Virus record (IMG/VR): IMGVR_UViG_3300036982_000947
Span: 1 to 28,528 of that record
Source of the DNA: a virus
Taxonomy: Duplodnaviria; Caudoviricetes
Reading direction: 5' to 3' (one strand)
DNA length: 28,528 bases
Position numbers and translations under genes: made by a program. Below are positions 24,186 through 28,528 of this stretch, piece after piece (the first letter of the stretch is position 1; the number at the start of each line of letters is the position of its first letter). Below the pieces are notes generated by a model, which was not told the origin of the DNA, made no database searches, and worked only from the letters and a program-made list of their open reading frames with translations.

Positions 24186-27100
24186 ATGATTAAAATACAA
24201 TTAATAGGAACAAATGAAGGTTATTTAGATGTTTTAGAAAATTCAATTATTGCTTTGAATATTTCTTTAGCTGATATTAAAGATGTAACTAAAAGAACTG
24301 GTTCATTTTCAAAAACTATTGTTTTGCCTGGTACTAAAAATAATAATACTTTATTAAATGATTATTTCGAGGTAAATGTTATTGATGGTAGCTTCTCGAT
24401 TAATAAAATTCAGAAGTGCTTAATTTTAGATGATAATATTCCTTTATTTAATAACACTATTCTTCAATTAATTAATGTGAAGAAAAGGCAAGCAACAAAT
24501 ATGGAAGATGATATTGTCGAATATGAAATATCAATTAAGGACACTACTGCTGACTTTTTTACTATAATAAATAACCGTTATCTAAATCAATTAGATTTTT
24601 CAGATTTTAGTCACACCTATTCAGCTGCAGAAATAGCTGATAGTTTTAGCCACTCGTGGGTAGATGGATATAAATATGTTATTCCTTTTGGTGACGATAA
24701 TTTTTATCCGATAACTGAATTAAAGCCTGCTATTTATGCTAAGCAATATTGGAATAGAATTCATGCTGACGCTGGTTTTTCTTATACGTGGGCTAACGAG
24801 TTCGGATTAAATGTGCGTTTTGATAAGTTATTAATTCCATTTAGTAGCGGCGAAATTAAATTAGGTGAAGATGCAATAAATGCTTCTCGTGTTATTGCTA
24901 CAGGTCCAGATCAGAATTTAATTTTTCCTTCTGGTTCGGTTCTTTCAAGTGGTTATTATTTTTGGTTCGGTTCTTTATTTCCTGCTACAATAGACACAGA
25001 AATTCAAGATCCTCTTAATGCGTTCAACCCTGCTACTAGCTTATATACGGCACCTTTCGATATGACGCAACCAGGTTGTTATGAATTTCTTATCGAGTTC
25101 GATTATGAAATAGTTATCAATAATTTACAGGCTTTCAGCGGTGGTGTTTTGAATAGCACAAATGCTTTATACGGACAATTTAATATTGAGGCTTCTGTAT
25201 ATAACCAAAGAACTACAGCTTTTGATGCTGTATATGTAAATTCTAGTCCTACTCCTACTATTGTTGGTTCGACTTTCTCTCCTGGTTTAACATCAATTTA
25301 TACAGGAAGAGCTAAAGCTAAAATTAATACATCTAATCATCAAATAGGCGATAATTTAGAAATATTTTTAGGAGTTCGTCACGCAGCTCAAGGTCCTTTA
25401 TTATTTCAAAGAATATCTGAAGTTATATTAGATGTATCTAATTTAGATGTGACGATTCAAATTAATTCGACGCAGTTATACAATACTCTTGTAAATCTGA
25501 ATCAATATGTACCTCTTCAGATAAAGCAAAGCGATTTTGTAAAATCAATTATGACGATGTTTAATTTATTTGTCGAGGTGGATCCTATTGACCCGAATAA
25601 ATTAATTTACACTAGCCGTGACGAGTTTTATGATAACGGCGATTTAGTAGATTGGACTGATAAGCTTGCTCGTGAAGATGAGCAAGAAATTAGATTTTTG
25701 CCTGAATTAAGTGCTAAATCTTATATCTTTTCATATAAAGAAGATTCAGATCCAGCTAATCAAGGTTACAAAGAAATTATTAATGAAATATACGGACAGC
25801 ATCAGGTTATCTTTTCGAATAATTATGTAAAAGGAATTGAAAGAAAAGAAATTATATTTAGTCCTACTCCGATGCAGGAATCTAATTGGAATTCTATTCT
25901 ACCTTTAGTTCCGAGTGGAAATCAAAAATATAATATTAGAATATTATTAGATAACGGGAATCAACCTTGCCAGAAATGGTTTTTGATAAATTATATCGAT
26001 CCGAATATAAGCTTTTTTCCACCTTCAGTAACTTTAGGTTCGTGGCTCGAATTAGATTATTATCCGTTCGTGTCGCATCTAGATAGTGAAGTAAATCCGA
26101 CTTTCGATTTGAATTTTGGTGTATGCGATTTTTATTTTTATGATATTAGAAATATAACGAATAATAATTTGTTTAATAATTTTTGGCGTAGAACCTGCGC
26201 ACAAATTAATAACGGTAAATTAATGACTGCCTATTTTCATCTAAAAGGTGTAGATATAGCTAATTTAAGATTAAATGCTAAAATTAGAATTGATAATAGT
26301 TATTGGAATATTAATAAAATTATTGACTTTGATGCTAATAAGCAAGAACTGACTAAAGTAGAATTAATATCTATTGATGATGAATTGCCATTGCCTAGTT
26401 TTGGAGCTGATAGTGAATTTCTAAATCCAGGACAGCAATTGGTTACTCAATTCGACCCTGTGTTTTTATCTAATAATGATATTATATCAAAATCGGTTAC
26501 ACAAAAATATAACGATTTAAATCATATAAATAGAACGACTAATAATTCTAATAACGGAGTTATATCTTTAGGAAGTTTTAATAGCATCAATGGTGGTGTA
26601 AAAGCAGTTATTGTAGGTGACTTTATTAGTGCTTCTCAAAGTGGAATCTATGTCGGAAATAATACTTTCATCGGTGAAAATTTAGGAAATTTAGGTGGAT
26701 TGCCTTCGACTTTATTAGTAGATAACACAACTGCCGGTACTGATATTATAGTTGATGGTGGTTCAAAAATAGTCAGTGGTGCTACTGATATTTTAGAATT
26801 AAATTCTGTAAATGAAATATATTCAGAGGTAGATGATTCTACTGATGTATATTCTGTGCAATTAACTAATCCATCTTTGAATATATCGGTTCGTGACTCT
26901 GCTTCATCTTTATATAACAATAATATTTTTTTAAATAATAATTCAGTAAATGGAGTTTTTATTGAGAGTATAGATCAGGTTACTACGAATACATCAGTGG
27001 TTCAAATAACTCAAGATTTTTCTAATTTAGGACATGCTGACTCTTCTGGCGACACCTCAAATTGTGAAGTAGGTTATGCTGGTGGTACTCCTTATGTAAA

Positions 27101-27449
27101 AAATGAAATTTTAAATACTACTACTGGTGATTTAAATAAAATAGAAATAGATAACAACGGAATAGATATTTTAGCAAACACATCTTTAGTTGGTGTTTTT
27201 GGTAGAGCTCTTGTGTCTAATACACTTTTAAGTTTAGAAATAACTGATAGTGTTACTACATCAGAAATACAGCTCGATCCGACTGCAATACTTATTTCTA
27301 CACCTCGATTAAATATAACGACTATTCCAGCTTTTGCTGACGATGCTGCAGCAACAACCGCAGGTTTATTAATTGGTGATATTTATCAAACTGACGGTAC
27401 TGGTGCAGCACCTTTGAATGTTGCCGGAATACTTATGATAAAACAATAA
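24186..27449 (+). CDS. Tail hub/central spike-like protein
   Basis: 1087 aa; ADIKD..KR.GSFSKTI.LPGTKNN, KQSDF...MFNL, DWTDK conserved blocks; C-terminal beta-rich extension. Confidence 0.65.
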   Translation: MIKIQLIGTNEGYLDVLENSIIALNISLADIKDVTKRTGSFSKTIVLPGTKNNNTLLNDYFEVNVIDGSFSINKIQKCLILDDNIPLFNNTILQLINVKKRQATNMEDDIVEYEISIKDTTADFFTIINNRYLNQLDFSDFSHTYSAAEIADSFSHSWVDGYKYVIPFGDDNFYPITELKPAIYAKQYWNRIHADAGFSYTWANEFGLNVRFDKLLIPFSSGEIKLGEDAINASRVIATGPDQNLIFPSGSVLSSGYYFWFGSLFPATIDTEIQDPLNAFNPATSLYTAPFDMTQPGCYEFLIEFDYEIVINNLQAFSGGVLNSTNALYGQFNIEASVYNQRTTAFDAVYVNSSPTPTIVGSTFSPGLTSIYTGRAKAKINTSNHQIGDNLEIFLGVRHAAQGPLLFQRISEVILDVSNLDVTIQINSTQLYNTLVNLNQYVPLQIKQSDFVKSIMTMFNLFVEVDPIDPNKLIYTSRDEFYDNGDLVDWTDKLAREDEQEIRFLPELSAKSYIFSYKEDSDPANQGYKEIINEIYGQHQVIFSNNYVKGIERKEIIFSPTPMQESNWNSILPLVPSGNQKYNIRILLDNGNQPCQKWFLINYIDPNISFFPPSVTLGSWLELDYYPFVSHLDSEVNPTFDLNFGVCDFYFYDIRNITNNNLFNNFWRRTCAQINNGKLMTAYFHLKGVDIANLRLNAKIRIDNSYWNINKIIDFDANKQELTKVELISIDDELPLPSFGADSEFLNPGQQLVTQFDPVFLSNNDIISKSVTQKYNDLNHINRTTNNSNNGVISLGSFNSINGGVKAVIVGDFISASQSGIYVGNNTFIGENLGNLGGLPSTLLVDNTTAGTDIIVDGGSKIVSGATDILELNSVNEIYSEVDDSTDVYSVQLTNPSLNISVRDSASSLYNNNIFLNNNSVNGVFIESIDQVTTNTSVVQITQDFSNLGHADSSGDTSNCEVGYAGGTPYVKNEILNTTTGDLNKIEIDNNGIDILANTSLVGVFGRALVSNTLLSLEITDSVTTSEIQLDPTAILISTPRLNITTIPAFADDAAATTAGLLIGDIYQTDGTGAAPLNVAGILMIKQ

Positions 27450-27472
27450 AACATAAAAAATAAATTAAAATT

Positions 27473-27928
27473 ATGCCAGTAAATTTAGGACAAGATAAAG
27501 ATGGATGTTTTGCTAGATGGGGCAAGGCAGGTGCCAAATATCGTTATGAATGTGGAAATGAAAGTGAAAGATTAGCCGCTAGAAAAAAAGCAATAGCTCA
27601 AGGAGTAGCTATAGGTGAAATTGGTAAATATGCGGGTGAAAAAATTAGTTTTGATTTTGATGGAGTTTTATCAACTAAAAAAGGAAAAGATTTGGCAAAA
27701 AAAGAATTAGAAAAAGACAATATAATTTATATCATTTCAGCAAGAAATAGTCCTGATGAATTATATAAAGTAGCAGATGATTTAGAAATATTAAGAAGTC
27801 GAGTTTTTGCGACTGGTTCGAACCAGAAAAAAATAGAAAAGGTAAAAGAGTTGAGTATATCTAAGCACTATGATAACAATATTGATGTTGTAAAAGAGTT
27901 GGGTAAAAACGCAGAATTATTTAATTAA
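27473..27928 (+). CDS. Two-domain protein: small basic N-terminal domain plus HAD-superfamily domain
   Basis: ISFDFDGVL (motif I), IISAR (II), K (III), HYDNN (IV-like). Confidence 0.75.
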   Translation: MPVNLGQDKDGCFARWGKAGAKYRYECGNESERLAARKKAIAQGVAIGEIGKYAGEKISFDFDGVLSTKKGKDLAKKELEKDNIIYIISARNSPDELYKVADDLEILRSRVFATGSNQKKIEKVKELSISKHYDNNIDVVKELGKNAELFN

Positions 27929-27930
27929 AA

Positions 27931-28528
27931 ATGGATATAAATATAAATCTTAATGTAAATAGTGAGCCTTTAGTCGAAATGGCTCAAAGAGCTAATGAAG
28001 CTAATTCAAATGCTCAAAATCTAAATAATACACTTAAAGATAAAACACCTGAAAGCCAAATAACAAAAAATGGCACATCACTTAGAAGCACAGGTGTAGC
28101 AATGAAAGGATTAAGTCAAGCAGTAGGTGGATTTGATAAATTAGCTGGTACCGCTTTTAGTGGAGCAAATGATGGTGTAAAAGCTTTAGCTTCTAGTTTT
28201 TTAGGATTAGGTAGGGTTTTGCCTTTAGTAAGAACTGCTTTTGCTGCCTTTAATGCTGTTTTAGCCACCAACCCTTTTGTAGGAATTGCGATTGCTATAA
28301 GTGCTGTTGTTGTAGGAATTGGATTTTTATTAAATGGTATAGGACTATTACAACCTATTTTTGATGCCATTGGAATTGTTGTAGAAGCCTTAATTAGGAA
28401 TTTAAGGAACTTAACTGATTGGCTTGGATTAACAAGTGAAGAAATGGAAGATGGTTCTATTGCATCTGATAAATATGCTAATGCTTTGAAAAGAGTAAAT
28501 GCTGAAGCTAAGAAGAATATAAGAGAAG
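27931..28528 (+). CDS. Tail tape measure protein, N-terminal part (not in ORF track; continues across junction to 1650)
   Basis: Open frame MDININLNVNSEPLVEMAQ...FNAVLATNPFVGIAIAISAVVVGI...LRNLTDWLG; 28402-27931=471, so in frame with base 1. Confidence 0.9.
   Translation, partial: MDININLNVNSEPLVEMAQRANEANSNAQNLNNTLKDKTPESQITKNGTSLRSTGVAMKGLSQAVGGFDKLAGTAFSGANDGVKALASSFLGLGRVLPLVRTAFAAFNAVLATNPFVGIAIAISAVVVGIGFLLNGIGLLQPIFDAIGIVVEALIRNLRNLTDWLGLTSEEMEDGSIASDKYANALKRVNAEAKKNIRE
28402..28528 (+). repeat. Terminal direct repeat, right copy (assembly overlap)
   Basis: Identical to 1-127. Confidence 0.97.

Larger units (their letters stand above)
1..28528. mobile_element. Complete circular-assembled tailed phage genome (siphovirus-like, probable Bacteroidota host)
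   Basis: Identical 127-bp ends with a reading frame continuing across the junction; terminase, portal, protease, capsid, tail tube and tape measure genes all present; no host housekeeping genes; A-rich, SD-less start regions. Confidence 0.93.

Noticed and set aside
219-28370. Short overlapping ORFs (219-473, 2038-2283, 3808-3996, 4509-4715, 7135-7338, 7572-7757, 11594-11800, 17236-17424, 18005-18298, 26648-26920, 28116-28370)
   Set aside because: They lie wholly inside well-supported genes, mostly antisense, with no motifs or proper start context.
28402-28528. 127-bp terminal repeat as a biological direct terminal repeat
   Set aside because: It falls mid-gene and equals a common assembler k-mer length; it shows circular assembly only. 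A PBSX/SPP1-type terminase suggests headful packaging.
1-28528. Stop-codon reassignment, tRNA genes, introns or inteins
   Set aside because: The standard code gives dense full-length genes; no cloverleaf seen in the few intergenic gaps; terminase, portal and capsid are uninterrupted and of normal size.

Overview
The window is an apparently complete, circularly assembled ~28.4-kb genome (28,401 bp after removing a 127-bp end overlap) of an AT-rich, long-tailed (siphovirus-type) dsDNA phage. The host is probably Bacteroidota: start codons are preceded by A-rich tracts and lack Shine-Dalgarno sequences. Nearly all genes are on the + strand. It carries a full virion set in an unusual order: TerS, PBSX-type TerL, two large tail-tip proteins, a HAD-domain protein, tape measure (split by the contig ends), a tail-terminator/collagen-fibre fusion, fibres, chaperones, an inverted HK97-gp10-like gene, XkdF-type protease/scaffold, capsid, tail tube, portal and adaptor. 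The short non-structural block encodes a zinc-finger microprotein, a 393-aa exonuclease-less family-A polymerase-like protein, a T5orf172/GIY-YIG protein, an HNH nuclease, a DNA methyltransferase with an altered DGPY motif and a sigma-70-like factor. I recognise no helicase, primase, integrase or endolysin. The best candidate for an undescribed system is at 13.58-15.45 kb. Two 32-bp self-palindromic elements in inverted orientation flank an AT-rich core, followed by the minimal polymerase-like gene, whose leader holds a perfect anti-start-codon sequence and a terminator hairpin. Similar anti-start/U-rich plus hairpin cassettes and non-canonical ACAATATA/TATATA promoter-like boxes recur elsewhere. 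All functional calls come from motif recognition by eye; no searches were run.
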